DNA from: Vitrella brassicaformis CCMP3155
Taxonomy: Eukaryota; Protista; Chromerida
Assembly (NCBI GenBank): GCA_001179505.1
Contig: CDMY01000389.1
Coordinates: 1 to 64,000 of the forward strand
Direction: 5' to 3'
Length of the DNA stretch: 64,000 nt
The position numbers and the translations under genes were made by a program. Positions 24,339 through 37,946 of this stretch are shown in pieces (positions within the stretch are counted from its first letter, which is position 1; each line of letters opens with the position of its first letter). Under the pieces are notes generated by a model. The model saw only the letters and a program-made list of their open reading frames with translations, was not told the DNA's origin and searched no databases.

Positions 24339-27300
24339 ATGGTTGGGAGCGACAGGCACCACGACGTGCAGCATGATCTGCGGAACCGACCGCACGGCGA
24401 CAGGTGAGCTGACTGAGTGCGATCGTGGACCAACGTCACATGTTAAGCATAGGCGATCTGTCCTGTCTGTCGGTCTCTCTGTCATCTGTCTGTCTGTCTG
24501 CCTTGTGTGTGCAGGAAGGGCAGCACATCGACCTTTACGGTTTTGGATGAGGACAGTTTTGGGATTGTGGTTGGCCGGGCCGGCTCACATCGAACCAAAG
24601 TGGAGAAGTTCTTTGGCGTCAGCCTCGAGGTGCGTCACGATCAGAGGGGCGAGGCAGGCCACTCTCTCTCTCTCTCCCTCTACCTCACACACGCGCCTGT
24701 CTGTCTGTCTGTCTGTCTGTCTGTCATGCCTGTGTGGCCAGATGGAGAATTACCCCAAGAAGGGCATGCGCGTGTCGGGCCCGTCGTCGGCAGTGGGCCA
24801 GGCCAACCTGTACCTCAATTACCTCATCAGGTCACAGCGCAGAGACGCCACAAGACACCAGGGCGAACTCGAAGCTGTCATCACCGAACTCGGAGTCGAT
24901 CCTGGTCAGCATAAGCCACACACACACAAACACAACCACATGGACGGATGGATGGATGTGCGCAGAAGTGACATTGGTGACGATGCGTCTGGGGACCAAC
25001 CGGCGTGTGGGTGCTCACTTTGCCGGGCTTGAGAGCGAGTTCCACGTCATGACGCTGCGCTTCTCCGAGCGGCCGGGAGAGACCCACTCTCGCAAGGAGG
25101 AGGCCAAACACGACTTCCTTGTGCTGTTCGGACCAAAGTGAGGGAGCCATCGTCCCAGCCTCCCACACAGCATCGCACACCATCCAACGCTCACACGCAT
25201 TTCTTGTCTTCTTGTGCTCTGCAGGGAGGCTCGTCGTGCGGCCGAGAGTCGCGTCAAAGGGTTGCTGGAGAGTCTGCAGGGGGGTAGGCTGCCGAGCAGC
25301 ACAGATGCCCTGCCGCACACGCCCACGTCAGCATCGTCGTCCACCGACATGGCGGAGGGGTTCGATGTCGAAAACTGGCGACTGGGGGCAGCCAAACTGG
25401 CGCTGCTGGCCGACTGGCACGACAAGATCAAACTCGCCTCGGGCTGCTCCATGGTCACCGAAATCGGCAAAGAGACTCTGTATGTCGCCGGTGAGTGAGT
25501 AGAGAGGGAGGGAGGCAGGAAGGCATAGGGTAAGGGTGTATGTGTATATGTATATGTGTGTGTGTTGTGTGTCAGGTTCTCGTGTGGCTCGTCGTTTAGC
25601 CAAGATCTACACGGAGGCCCTGCTACAGTTCTTCAGCCAACACGCCGTCACTAACCAAAAGTGAGTGAGTGAGTGAGTGACGGCTTACTAAGCCAAGAAG
25701 TCAGCACACCAGCCTCCCTAAGGTCAAACTTGTTGCATTCGCCGGTTCTCGCCTTGTGTCCTGTCCTTTGTCAGGGAGGTTGAGAGTGCTTCGTTTCACT
25801 GCAGCGACACGGCCGAGGCGACTGGCAAGATGGATGAAATCGAAACCGCCACGGGCTGCGCCATCGCCGTCAACACACCTGGGTGGGTGAACGAGGCAGT
25901 GATCGAGGCTGTGTGTCTGCACTGCATGTCTGTGTGGTGTGTGTCCTGACTGACAGGGACAACCGTTTTGAGTGTCTGGCGTTCGGCGGCAACATCAAGG
26001 AGGCCAGGCGGCTGCTGCAGGACTACGCCTCCACACACGCCGCCATCCCCACACCAGCACCATCACACCCACCTCCCACACAGCAGCAACAACAACAACA
26101 CCAGCAGCAGCAACAGCAACAGCAGCAGCAGCAACGGCAGCAGCAAGAGGAGAAGCAGGAGCTCTCGACCCCGCCACCGCTCCCTCCTCCACCGGCCGCA
26201 GCCGCACCAGGACTGGCATCCTCACCGTCCGCCTCATCAAGTTCATCTCCCTTTCAGCTCAACCATTCCTCCCACAACAACGCCGGCCCATCTCGCCCAC
26301 AGATCAAGACGGACAGCACGTCCAGCGCGGCGTTCTTCACACCCTCCCCGATGTTTTCGCCATCGTCGTGCGGGTCGTCGCCTCTGCCCAATGCCGCTGT
26401 GGATAACAACGGCCATCAGGACAACAACGGCGTGGGGCTCCATGTCGCTCTCAATGGGCCGGTGCCAACGTCTATACCAAGGTGTGTCGGGGGGTGGGCA
26501 AGCAGCCTGACACACAAGGGGTCGGGTGGTGGATGCGATGCGATGGATGCGATGCAGCGAGTCGTTTGAGTCGATGGGTGGCGATGTGCGTCTGCCGGTA
26601 TCGACCTTCAACCGGATGCAGATCAAGATCAAGCAGCTCGAGGCGTCCGTCAGAAACATGAGAGCCGAACTCGACGAGGAAAAGGCCAAACAGTAAGCCA
26701 ACACACACCTCCACACACACAGAGACCAGGTCTTTCGGTGCATTTGTCGGTATGCTGTGTGGTGTGGCTTACAGCCCCAATGACCACTGTAATGGCGACC
26801 CGCTGATAGGCACGTTCGGGGCTCAGTTTGCCGACCTCATGCGGCAGGTGAGACACAAAGCGCTCACAGGCAGACGGCATTTCGTGTCTCTATCCCCCCC
26901 TATGTGTGCCGTCGGTCTAATCTGCCTGTTATGTCAGAAGGAGGGAGCAGAGATGCGCATCAAGATGCTCGAGGAGGAGGTCGGACGATGCCGCGGGCAG
27001 GTCAACACCCTCAACAACCAGCTGCAACAGGTAGGCATGCAACCAACGCACAGACACACATAAAAAGAGACAGACAGACAGACAGACCGCTCTCTCTCTT
27101 TCCCTCCCTCCCTCCCTCGCCCTTCGATGTGATTCAGACGGCCCTGACGTCGGTGCCGTACGTGTCGCCCCACGAGCTGGGTCCGATATCCCCCGAGCAG
27201 ATCGCCCAGGTGCTGCCCCGCCCCGCCGCTTCCCAGCACGAGACAGAGGCCGTCCTGCGGATGGTGCAGAAGCGAGCCATCCCCTTCGCAGAGCACGAGA

Positions 27301-27503
27301 AGCTCCTCTTTCTCAGACACATCGAGTTCCTCGTCTATGTCCCCGGCATCCCCTGTGGCTCCTATCGCCGCGTGTGTTGGGAGGGCTGGGGGGGCGCCTT
27401 TGCGCAGCGGGGCCACGGGCTGGGTGGGATGCTGGGCTTCATGCACGAGGCGGCGCGGGCGTACGAGGAGTTCCTCGTTATGCAGGGGTATTCGTTTAAA
27501 TGA
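24339..27503 (+). CDS. KH-domain RNA-binding protein with polyQ/low-complexity region and coiled coil
   Basis: KH signature FGIVVGRAGSHRTKVEKFFGVSLE...MRVSGPSSAVGQA (GxxG loop) and a second KH-like unit (FLVLFGPK.ARRAAE). PolyQ at ~26083-26145; coiled coil IKQLEASVRNMRAELDEEK. The first exons splice in frame from ATG 24339. Confidence 0.7.
26083..26146 (+). repeat. CAG/CAA polyglutamine tract
   Basis: cagcagcaacaacaacaacaccagcagcagcaacagcaacagcagcagcagcaacggcagcagcaa, in frame within the KH gene. Confidence 0.9.
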
Positions 27504-28798
27504 ATGACGACTGACCACATGAATGACGTGAGCAAGGCAGGCTGGCTGTCTGGCAGCGTAGCATACATATAAAGGGTGAGGGGTGCATCGGTGGTTCGTT
27601 AGTACGTCTGTCTGTCTGTCTGTCTGTGATTAGCTCCTCCTCCCCTTTTCTCTCTGGCTGTGGTGTGCATATTGCGGGATAGACAGATGGATGTGACGGA
27701 CGGCAGTGGGTGGGGTCGGGTGGCGTGTGCGGCGTTGCCTAGATTCTTCCTTGTTGTTCTTGTCCTATTGGGCTGCTCGCACAGCACATGGCCTTGCATG
27801 GCCTGGCCGAGGGCTGGCTGCACATGAGTGAGTGAGCCTCGAGTGAGTGTATGCTCAGTATGTCTACTGCAGCTGCATCAGGAGTCGAGACTCCCACTCT
27901 CGTGCTGTCTCGACGCTTGGTGTTGCCATGGTTGAGCAGAGCACACAGTCGAGGAAGCATGCACCCAGGCTGGCCAGCTGGCATGTGGCGCGGGCGGGGC
28001 GGGGCGGGGCGGGGCGGGGCGGCTGTAGCCCTTCTTTCTTGTGACGTACGTCAACATATACCTACCGTATGTCCACACCCATCCATCCATCCATCCACCG
28101 TACTCCTACTCACCACATTCACACCCATACCATACACTTACCTTTCGTGCCACTGCGCACTCCCCCCCGACGACGCTGCCCCTTCCATCCATCCATCTCA
28201 TGCATGTGATGTGATGTGCGCAGCGAAGTCGTCTGTGCAGACAAGAAGAAACAATGGCGGCGGTGACTGACCTACTGGCAGGAGGGAGGATACAGACATG
28301 TGTGTGTAGTGGATGGATGGACGGTTGGGTGGAGGGGTGGGTGGGTGGGTGTCTAATTGAATACTTCTCCCCTTATGGATGGTCCTTACTGTGAATGAAT
28401 GTGTCACATTCGCCTCTGATCCACATCATGAAACACATCACACTCTTTGAACCGACCCATTGATTGCACCGCATCGCGTCACCAATCTGTCTGTCTGTCT
28501 GTCTGTCGGCACTCGTGTCTTGCGACGTCACCATCGTCCCCAATACCACCCGAGATATCTCTCTCGGGTGGCAACGCGAACGATGTGTACGTGCAAGACA
28601 CAACTACCGAATATGCAATTGTCAGCTTATTACAACTATGGGATGGCTTCTCAAGTCGCGCTCAGTCAGTGAAATCTCTCTGTCTGTTTGTGCCTCCCAA
28701 TACAGTGGTTGATTGAGGCAGCAACACTCTCACTCACTCAAGCACTCCATTACACAGACAACAAACACCAAACCAACACCCTCCCTCCCCCCATCACT

Positions 28799-31540
28799 TT
28801 ACACTACAGTGTCCTTCTTTGACTTCGACACGCCCGACTTGCTGTCCGCAGCACCAACATCATACCCATTCACACCACCAACACCACCACCAGCAGCAGC
28901 GCCGTCGGGCGGCGGGAAGGATGAAGGCGGCGATGGCGATGGAGACGGAGAGAGGGAGGGGGAGGGCTGCGGCCCATTATCATCGCCGCCCTTGTCCATC
29001 TTGGCCTGTGCGAAGGGGGGCAGTGCGGCCTCCTCTGGGGGTGTGGGGGCGTCGATGGCGTCGTCCGGCTGGGTGTTTGGGTTGCCCTCTATGTCGATGT
29101 CGAGCACCGGCGATGGCAGCCCCTCGCCACGCGATTGGAAGTAGCGGGCCATCTCCTGCCGCCGATCGGTATACGGCGAGGGAAAGAAATTCGGGAAGAA
29201 CCTGTGAGCCCCAAGCCAGCAGAAACACACAGCGGCACTGACTAGTGGGTGTGTGTTGGGTCTACTGGCCGGGCCGGCCGACCTTTGTATGAAAGAGAAG
29301 ACGAGTACATGGCCGACTGGCGAGAGGGGTATGATGAGTATGATGGTGAAGGGCACCAGGTTGAGCAGGTCGCGGCCTGTGCGGCGCAGCGCACTCACCT
29401 CGCGAGGCGACAACGTGTACCTACACGCACCGCAGCGCAGCGCAGCCACACACATCCCATCCCATCCCTCGATGGATGAGATCTTCCCTCTGTTTCTGTG
29501 GGAGTGAGTGAGTGAACTCACTGGTCGAATGCGGCGGCCTTGAACAGGCCGATGGCGTACTGTATGTCTGAGACGAGCAGCCTGGTGCCCAGCCAGTAGA
29601 AGGCGACGCCGTTCCTGATCTTGTCCGTCTGCTCCTCCAGGGAGGCCTTGATGGTGGCCCAGTCAAACCCACGCTGGAGGCCGGCCGCAAAGGGCTTGGG
29701 AGGGGGCAGCTCCAGACCTGATGGATGATGGACGGACGGATGGATGGATGGTTGGATGGGGGAGGGTGTGGTGTGGTGTGGTGTGGTGTGAGTGGGGGAC
29801 TGCACTTGACTTGCCTGCTCTGGCTTTGAGCTCCTTGACTTCCACAGACAGCACCGCCAGTGTGCCCTCGTCAGACAGAGATAGCGTGCCCGTCTGACAT
29901 GACATCAACACACCAACCAGACAACACACACGTTGATGCGATGCGATGCCTGCAGCCCTCATTCGGTCTCTTCTTTTGTGGTGTGAACCAAACCTGTATC
30001 CAGATCTTGAGGAGTCTGTTGAGTTTGCCCTCGAGCCTGAGGTACTCCCTGAGGAGCCCCTGGAACTGCACCGACACCGCCCCCATCTGCGCCGACCCCC
30101 CCATGCCCATCCCACCCACAGACGCTGACGGCCCCACCACCACATCCCTCCTCACGCCGCCGTCGTTGCTGTTGACATTGACATTGAGATTGACATTGTT
30201 GTTGCTGTTGGGTGTGTAAGAGGGTATAGTGATGTTCCTGCGGTCGAAAAGCAGCTCGAGGCGCTTGAGGTCGAGCTCGACCTGCTGGAACTTGAGCTGC
30301 CGCTTGAGGTCTTGGACCTGCCGGTCAGCCCGCGACAGCTCCCTCTCCACATCTGCACGCACACCCACGTCCTCACTGCTTGTCGAACGAATGTCCACCA
30401 ACACCTCTGAATGAACACACAGGCAGGGCAGGGCAGGCAAGAAGGATGCATCGCATTGATGGCGAACGGTGGTCTTGTCTTGTCCGGTTCAATCCGCACC
30501 TCTGAGCCTGGCCCGCTCTTTCCTCGCTTCAGGCAGCTCGTCCTCTGTCTGGGAAATGTACGCACGCAAATTCTGAATCGACGGACTCGCCTGAAAGCAA
30601 CACCACACACAGACCGATCAATAAATAAGCCACAACAGCTGCATGACATGGCATGACACCGGTCGGTTCCATCCAGTCGCCTCGCCTCGGCCCCACCCAC
30701 CTCAATTTGTTCTGCGAGTGAGAGTGCGGCCCGTCTGCCTTCGCCCTGTTCGTCCTCGAACCCCGGGGGTATGCCGTTCAAACGCTCCCATAGCTCCACC
30801 AGAAACCGCAGCGTGCCACGCCAGGAGCGATAGAACGCCTGACCTGTCGCTATCGCACGCTGATATGGGGACATACACACACGAAGATAGATCCACAGAT
30901 CAACAGACAGACAGACAGACAGACGGACGGGAGATGAGATGAGATGAGCAGGGAAGAGGGCAGCTTGCATGTCATGTGGTTCGGTTCGGTCCGTCCGCAC
31001 CTGCGTGACGTCCTCTGGCCTGAGGTCCTCCACATTGACCGCCCATTGCTCATCCACCGACACCGTCTCGTTACCATAAGGAGGAGAAGAAGCAGAAGCA
31101 GAAGTGGAAGCTGATGAAGATCTAGCACCACCACCACCAACAGCAGCAGATGCCCGCGGCTCGCTCTCTTTCTCCTTGGTGGATGTCGATGCAGATGACG
31201 GAGACGGCTTCTCACTAAAGAGCCCACCGACAAGACTCCTGTCCCCTCTCCGCAGCTGGTGGATGGACCGCCGCGCCCATGCAGGCGTCCTCACCACCAG
31301 GGGAGGGGTGCTGACGAATGCTGGTGGTGATGATGGCAGCTGCCGGTCCGGTCTGCATCTAGAGAGGATGAGTGACGACAGTGCGGGATGAATCAAGCAG
31401 CTGAGGAGAAGCAGAGGGAGGGAGTGGGCCACCGCACTAGCCTGTGGCTGTCCGTGTGGCTGTCGCCGGCGTCGTGGCGGCTGTTCTGTCCGCACAGCAG
31501 GACCGGGGTGAGAGGGGCGGCAGTTGGGGTGGAGATCCAT
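28799..31540 (-). CDS. LETM1-like protein of the plant/algal plastid-type family (5' end approximate)
   Basis: FYWLGTRLLVSDIQYA...[58 protein letters not shown] matches the LETM1 RBD-like core of plant LETM1-like proteins; upstream coiled coils. Confidence 0.8.
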
Positions 31541-31793
31541 CGATCAGCGAAATGCAGATGGCCTCACAGCTGTGTGTGCCAGACGCACTGCAATGCGCCT
31601 TGGGAGTGCTTACGATACCACAACCTCGCAGAGGAAACTGGAAGCTCGCAAAAAATTCGAATCCTTCTGGGAAAGAAACGCCTTATTGCGGACGCTTAGA
31701 GTGCTCACTGTGTTGGTAGAAAGGCTTTGGTGTTGGCTTGACAGGACGTGCCGTCGGTGCTGGGGGAGCTCGGCCGAGAGCCTGGAGGTCTCT

Positions 31794-32940
31794 ATGGCGC
31801 TTGGTGACCCCTCCGTGGCCATCCAGCCCACCATCTGGCGGACACTACACAACCGTAGGCACACTCACACACTCATCGCACACAGGGGAAAGCGGCCACA
31901 TGCATGAGAATCTGTGTGTGTGGTGTGCTGTGTGTGTGTGTGTGTAGGGTTCAACTTGGTGATTCTGCCGACGATACTGATACTGGCGGCGCGTGACCTT
32001 CTTCGATGGGAGTCTGACTACTACACGCAGCTGTTTGTGCTGCTGTACTTTGTGATAGACACTGCCTGGATCGGCCTCATGGGCTACAGGGTCGTCAAGG
32101 ACCCCCAGTCTATTATGGTCCACCACCTTGCCGCAATCGTACTCGTCGCGGGCAGCATGCTCAAGGAGTCTTGGAGGCCTTTCTGGAGCACCGGGGCCCT
32201 CATAGGTGCGGATGTGTTGTGTGTGGTGGGTTGCTGCTTCACTCGTCAGACTCCGTGTGTTGCCTGTCCTGTCGGCTCGTCTGTGTGTGCATCAGAAGTG
32301 AGCACCATTCTGTTGCTGACGCTGAGATCGGGCAGGGTGAGCAAACAGAACAGCTGGCGTGGCTGGCATGCCCTCCTTGATCCGGAAACACACGTCTGTC
32401 TGGTCTGAATGAGTGTGTGGTATGTGTAGGTATCTAACAAGCACTTGTCGTCGATGATCCACATGGCTTTTCTGGTGAGCTGGTTCCCACTAAGGTGGGG
32501 CGTGCCCCTCTACATCATGTACAGCTGCTGTAAGCACACTCTCACGCACACACACACACACACAAGGCATGTCAGGCAGTCAGTCTCCACGATTCTTCAT
32601 CCGTGTGTGTGTTGGTTCAACCGACCATTGGTTGGTTCTCTCTGCAGGGAGCAGCTTTCGGGCTGGTGAGGAGCCGATCTTCGGCATTGCTGCCATCTTT
32701 GCTGCGGCATGTGTACTGCTGCACATGCAGGTACGTACGTGCCATGGTCATGCACTCTCTGACAAATGACCAACCAACGCCTGAAACAACTAGGAACATA
32801 TCACTCATATTTGTGTTGTGTGTCCTTTCTTTCTCTCTTGACGTGTGGTGTCGTCTCACTCATATGGTGGATGATAGGTCAAGTGGAGTGCGAAGCTGAT
32901 GACGGGCCAGATAAGGACGATGGTCTCACACGGCCTCTGA
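31794..32940 (+). CDS. TLC (TRAM/LAG1/CLN8) domain membrane protein
   Basis: Multiple TMs with YFVIDT, IMVHHL, EVSTILL and FLVSWFPLRW motifs. Exon 1 MALGDPSV...HNR splices in frame; ends ...MVSHGL* at 32940. Confidence 0.75.
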
Positions 32941-34591
32941 CACCGTCTCACCCACACGCGTACCGGTGTGGCTGCCGATTTGCTTTTCTTCTCCTGCCCT
33001 CTACTATACTCACTCACTCACTCCCTCTCTGGCTGGCTGGCTGCCTGTCTGGTCTGCCCTGCCCCTTTCTTCAAGACAGACGACAGACCCTATCTTATCT
33101 ATGTAGACAGACGTACGAGGATGTGTCCAGTCCATGCGTGGAGCATCGACATCGGTCCATTCAGCGATGGAGTGACTCTTTCACCCAAAGCAGAGCAGAC
33201 GGCCTTTTGTTTTTTTTGGCATGCCTGGCTGTCACATCACCCACAAACAGGCGATATGATGTGGGCAGTGAGAGTGAACTTCCTTCCATCCACCGGTCAT
33301 GTCGGTCATGTATGTGATGTGATGTGCACGCCGGAGATGATTTCCTCACACGGCAGGGAGTCTCTCGGACGGCCGGGGGCGGGGCGTGGCGTGATTGGAT
33401 TCTCCAGTTTTCCTGCTCGCCCTTTCTTTCTCGAGCCATGACCGTGGGATGCATTGCAAACATGACATGGATCCATCAATGGATGGATGCATGGATGCCA
33501 TCCATCATGATCGATCAAAGACCCGCCAGGCTCACCAGCCCACACACACACTACACGTGCAGTGCAGAATCCACCCGTCCGTCCAGCGATTCATCAGCGA
33601 TTTTTGACGCGCTGCATGAGCTGAGAGGGACCGAATTGATTGATTGACCGACGACGGAGGGACGGAGGGAGGGTGAATGCGTGGATGATCGAGTGGTTTG
33701 CTCGGCTACGTCTGTTGTCCGCCTGTTGTGTGTGAGGGTTTTGTTTGATGCCTGTCTGGAGATTCTGGTCCGTCTGTCAGTCGGTCGGCTGGTTGTGCTG
33801 GCTGGTTGGTTGGTTGCATTTTTGTCCCGGTTCTTGTTCCCCACTGGCTTGCTGTCTTCCTGGCTTGCTTTCCTGTGTGTAATCCTTCCTGGCTTTCTTG
33901 CCCTGGCTGACTGGCTTGGTCTCCCCCAACGATCGATCGCGTGTGCAGCTGTGATAATGAGCAGAGAGAGAGGGAGAGAGAAAGAGAGAAAGAGAGCGGG
34001 CCGTTGTTTGTGTGGGTGTACAGTTGGGGGGCGTACCGTGAGCTGCGTGGGTAACGAACGCAGTTAGTTCTGTTTTCTCCTCCTCCCTCTCTCCCTCTCC
34101 CCTTTTCGGTGTGGTGTGGTGTGGTGTGCCGGCCGGCATGTAGCCGGCGCCTTTTTGTCTGCTGTCTGCCGGGCTGTCTGTCTGTCTGTCTGTTTCTTGG
34201 TTTGTCTGTCTGTCAATGCTCTCTCATGATTGAAGGACGGGGAGTGAGGGACGGGGCCCCTCAGCACACCGAAAGGAGCCCCTCATCTCTCCCATACATA
34301 CATACATACATACATACATAACATACGCAGACAGACAGACAGACAGAACGGTGTGTTGATCGCACGATGGATGACCAGTACTTGTGCTTCCTTGGTTGTC
34401 TTGGCGAGGGTGTGGGTAGGTGAGGTGGTGGGTGGATTGCAAGGACGAACACCACATCGACGTGACGTGGGTGTATTTGTATGTTGGTGTGTGTGGTGTG
34501 TGTTCAACGCGTTGGTGTGTGGTGTGATGCTGTCTCTCTGTATTACGACTCAGTGCTGCGCGTGTTGCCCTGCGGACTGCTTGCAGCATCA

Positions 34592-34631
34592 CCTTCTTCT
34601 TCTTCTTCTTCTTCTTCTTCTTCTTCTTCTT
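34592..34631. repeat. (CTT)n microsatellite
   Basis: About 13 tandem CTT units in intergenic DNA. Confidence 0.9.
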
Positions 34632-34785
34632 CATATTTAATGCCCTTGCCGTGTTCATTCGGAGCAGCCGGTCATGGTTAACCAGTCCACGCACAAAGTC
34701 ACAGGGTTTTCCATTGCAGGGTTTCCACGCAGGGTTTCCATGGGGGTTTCTCGCCTTCAAGAAATACAAGAGGAACAGAAGCGAA

Positions 34786-35717
34786 ATGGATAGCAAGGAC
34801 TCCGACGATGCGGACAGGTCCTGTGAGTCATCCAGCGGATCAGAGGACGCCAAGACCCAATCTGCCAAGGTGGCCAAGGAGGCTGATCCCGTCCTCCAGG
34901 ATCTCCGCGCCTGCCTGCCGGCCGGTACGTATGTGTTTTGACCGCACTGCACTGCACTGTATGCACCCGCACTCACCGCTCCTCCCCAATGGCCTGTCTG
35001 CCCGCCTGCCTGCACCCTGTCTGCCTGTAGGCTCTCGTACTGGGGTGGGATTCTCTTCCATTCGGCGTGCGGGCGTCCCCGTCAAGTACGTCACCACGCT
35101 AGGGGGCGCGCCTCGCGTCAGTCGCTCCTGCTCCGTCTACGGCGCCAAGGCGGCACTTCGCCAAGTCATCGAGGCGCGCAATCGGAAGGCCAGGGAGGCG
35201 GGCCTGCCTCTGCTGGAGGGGTATGAGCAAGTGCTCGAGAGGCACTTCCCATCGTCTGGGTCAGCAGATGACGATGAGGGGGCGGGGGAGAGTGCGGCGG
35301 GAGACCGGACAGATCAGCACCGAGTGGCCACCAACAAGAGGAAGAGCAAGGGTGCCGAGAGCGGTGCTGATGACGGTGCCGACGATGAGGCCGAGGACGG
35401 TGAGGACGGCATGCGGGCTGTGAAGAAGGCTAGGAAGGGGACCGGCAAACGATCTGGCCGTCTCAACGAGAGACAGCTGTATTTCTTGGCGGTCCACTTC
35501 CAGTCCTATCTGCAGCCGATACGGCAGCTCGCCAACCAGCAGGGTGTCAAGACATTCAGCATTCGGTGGCCTTCTGGCAAGAACACGCTGGTGTGCAAGC
35601 ATCCGGAAGAGAGAGTGCCTTACAAGGATGTAGAGCGAGGCGCAAAGGGCATCCAGGTCAGCCCGGATGAGGAGTGGGGGGGCAGATATGGATGACCGGA
35701 CTCTCATGTTCTCTCTA

Positions 35718-35750
<33 letters not shown>

Positions 35751-37114
35751 GTGTCTGTCTGTGCATCTTGTGTTGCGTCAGGAGTGTTTGCGTCGTGCGA
35801 TCGCCAAGCGCGTCAACTTGATGGGGCCTGACAACCGGCTCAAAGGATGGCAGGCGGCCCTGGAAGGCCCTCAGGTACACTTCGACCCTACGATCGACTA
35901 CAAAGTGCGTCAACCGAATTACTAGTAAATGCAGGAAGTGGATACACATCTATTAAGCTGTGATGGCGTGCGTGTGTGTGTGTGTGTGTGTGCAGGCCCT
36001 GTATGAGTCTCAGCGCACCAAGGACAGGGCCGCTGGACAAGAGCGAGCGAGTGCAGCGAGTGGACTCGACCCGACCGGCGTTGTGCGTGCATTGAGGCGA
36101 GTATGGGACCCTACAGGAAACAAGAACAGCTCCAACTTCGGCATCGGCGGCCGCAAGGACAGCAAGGATCCCCGCTTCGTCGCGAAGGTGGGCGAGAACC
36201 CTAGCAAGACCTTCTCGATCCGCGTGCACGGGCGCAAGACGGCGCTCATTATGGCTGTCAACGAGCGCAATCGCCAGGCGGCCGAGAACGGGGCCCTCTC
36301 GCCCATCGTTGGGTACGAGGGGGTGGCCGACTCATTCGAGCGGGGCGAGATTGGCGTGGCTATGGCAGCTGATGGGACGGGATCGGTGGCTCCTTCAGCC
36401 AAATCTGATGCCATCGAGTCATCCAACCTGGCCGACTCCAAGCAGCTGCGTGAGGCCGGGAGGCCGGTCTTGGACATGATGATGGAGGAGTCGTCGAGCG
36501 ACAGCGACAGCGATGACGACAGGGTCATTCCGATGAGGCGTGGGAGGGAGGGGGCGCGGGGGCTGTGGGGTGGGAGCGGCTTGGCTGACCATGACATTGT
36601 CGAGGCCGTGAGGAAGGTGCACGGCCTGGAGAAAGTCGCACTTAGGCTGCACAAGGTCAGTCGACACACATACACGTCGACACTTGTGATTGATTATGTC
36701 CGTCTCCCTCTCTATCAGGGCGAGGTGTCTGCTGGTCNNNNNNNNNNNNNNNNNNNNNNNNNNNNNNNNNNNNNNNNNNNNNNNNNNNNNNNNNNNNNNN
36801 NNNNNNNNNNNNNNNNNNNNNNNNNNNNNNNNNNNNNNNNNNNNNNNNNNNNNNNNNNNNNNNNNNNNNNNNNNNNNNNNNNNNNNNNNNNNNNNNNNNN
36901 NNNNNNNNNNNNNNNNNNNNNNNNNNNNNNNNNNNNNNNNNNNNNNNNNNNNNNNNNNNNNNNNNNNNNNNNNNNNNNNNNNNNNNNNNNNNNNNNNNNN
37001 NNNNNNNNNNNNNNNNNNNNNNNNNNNNNNNNNNNNNGGCCACGCCCGAAGCCAGACATCCTGGCGGCGCTGGCGGTGGCTTTAATGACGCGTCCCGATT
37101 TGTTTGCGAGCTGA
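34786..37114 (+). CDS. Protein with two to three degenerate ApiAP2-like domains, copy 1 (interrupted by N gap 36738-37037; true 3' end uncertain)
   Basis: GVGF...SRSCSVYGAKAALRQVIEARN, GVKTFSIRW...ECLRRAIAKR and RFVAKVGENPSKTFSIRVHGRKTALIMAVNERN resemble the ApiAP2 pattern K.FSV.K.G...A...A...R. Acidic linkers between them. Confidence 0.55.
36738..37037. other. Assembly gap (300 N)
   Basis: Run of N. Confidence 1.
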
Positions 37115-37241
37115 GCATGCTTTGACGGAAAAATTCTTACCCTTAACCACCCCCCATCAGGGAAAGCACGAACGAGGTCCGTGTAGGTTTTGCGTCATCC
37201 CAGGGGGGAATCCGTGTCGTTGATCTTTGCTGACTGCCGCG

Positions 37242-37946
37242 ATGAGTGAACTGGTTGAGGGCGGCTGCCTGTGCGGCACAGCGCTTCACGATCCGCATGA
37301 CTGACGCGGAGCCCATTCATCCGCCCACCCTCTGCTGCTGCCGTATGTGCCAGAAATGCCTCGGTAAGTTCCAATGCTCTCTCTTCACCCGTGCGCGATA
37401 CGTCTCGTCTGTGTGCCTCATTTTTTGGTGTGCTTTGTGTTGTGCAGGTGCTCCGGCGGGCCTGTTCATGTGCGTTGACCGTGAGAACTTCACTCTGACC
37501 AGCACCGCGGAAGTCAAGACGTGCGAGACCTGGCACACGACCTGTCGGAACGTCCGCATGTTCTGCAGCAAGTGCGGGGCGCACTTCGCGTTCGAGTCGC
37601 CCACGGATCTGCCAGGTGGGTGGGGTGTGGTGTGTCTGCCGCACGATGACAGACAGACAGGGAGGCACCTCTGCATCGATTGGCTCTGTCTGTGTGTGTG
37701 TGTGTGTCAGGTATGGTGACGGTAGCTGTGTGCTGTTTCGACGACCCGTCCAAGTATCCCCCCATTGAAGCCGTGTTCTGTGAGTCCAAGGTCGAGTGGT
37801 TCGACCTGGGCGGCGTCACCGGATACGACGTGTGGAGCCCCGGCCTCACCAGGGTGTTCGAAGACTACGCCGAGAAGATCAAGCACGCGGAGAAGATAAA
37901 GCAGGGGGAGGAGACCGCCTCGCGGAAATCCACCATGGATGAGTGA
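37242..37946 (+). CDS. GFA/CENP-V family Zn-binding protein, 3 exons, with an apparent frameshift at ~37278-37282 (pseudogene or sequence error)
   Basis: MSELVEGGCLCG, then in a shifted frame RFTI...LCCCRMCQK; RMFCSKCGAH; VAVCCFDDP...AVFCESKVEW. This is the canonical GFA Cys pattern. Confidence 0.8.

Noticed and set aside
32950-34700. Several 60-260 aa ORFs in this interval
   Set aside because: Composed of microsatellite-derived low-complexity sequence with no motifs; treated as intergenic or UTR.
36657-37118. ORFs running through N gaps (also 41468-42690 and 47181-47820)
   Set aside because: Their length comes from X residues; they are not real open frames.
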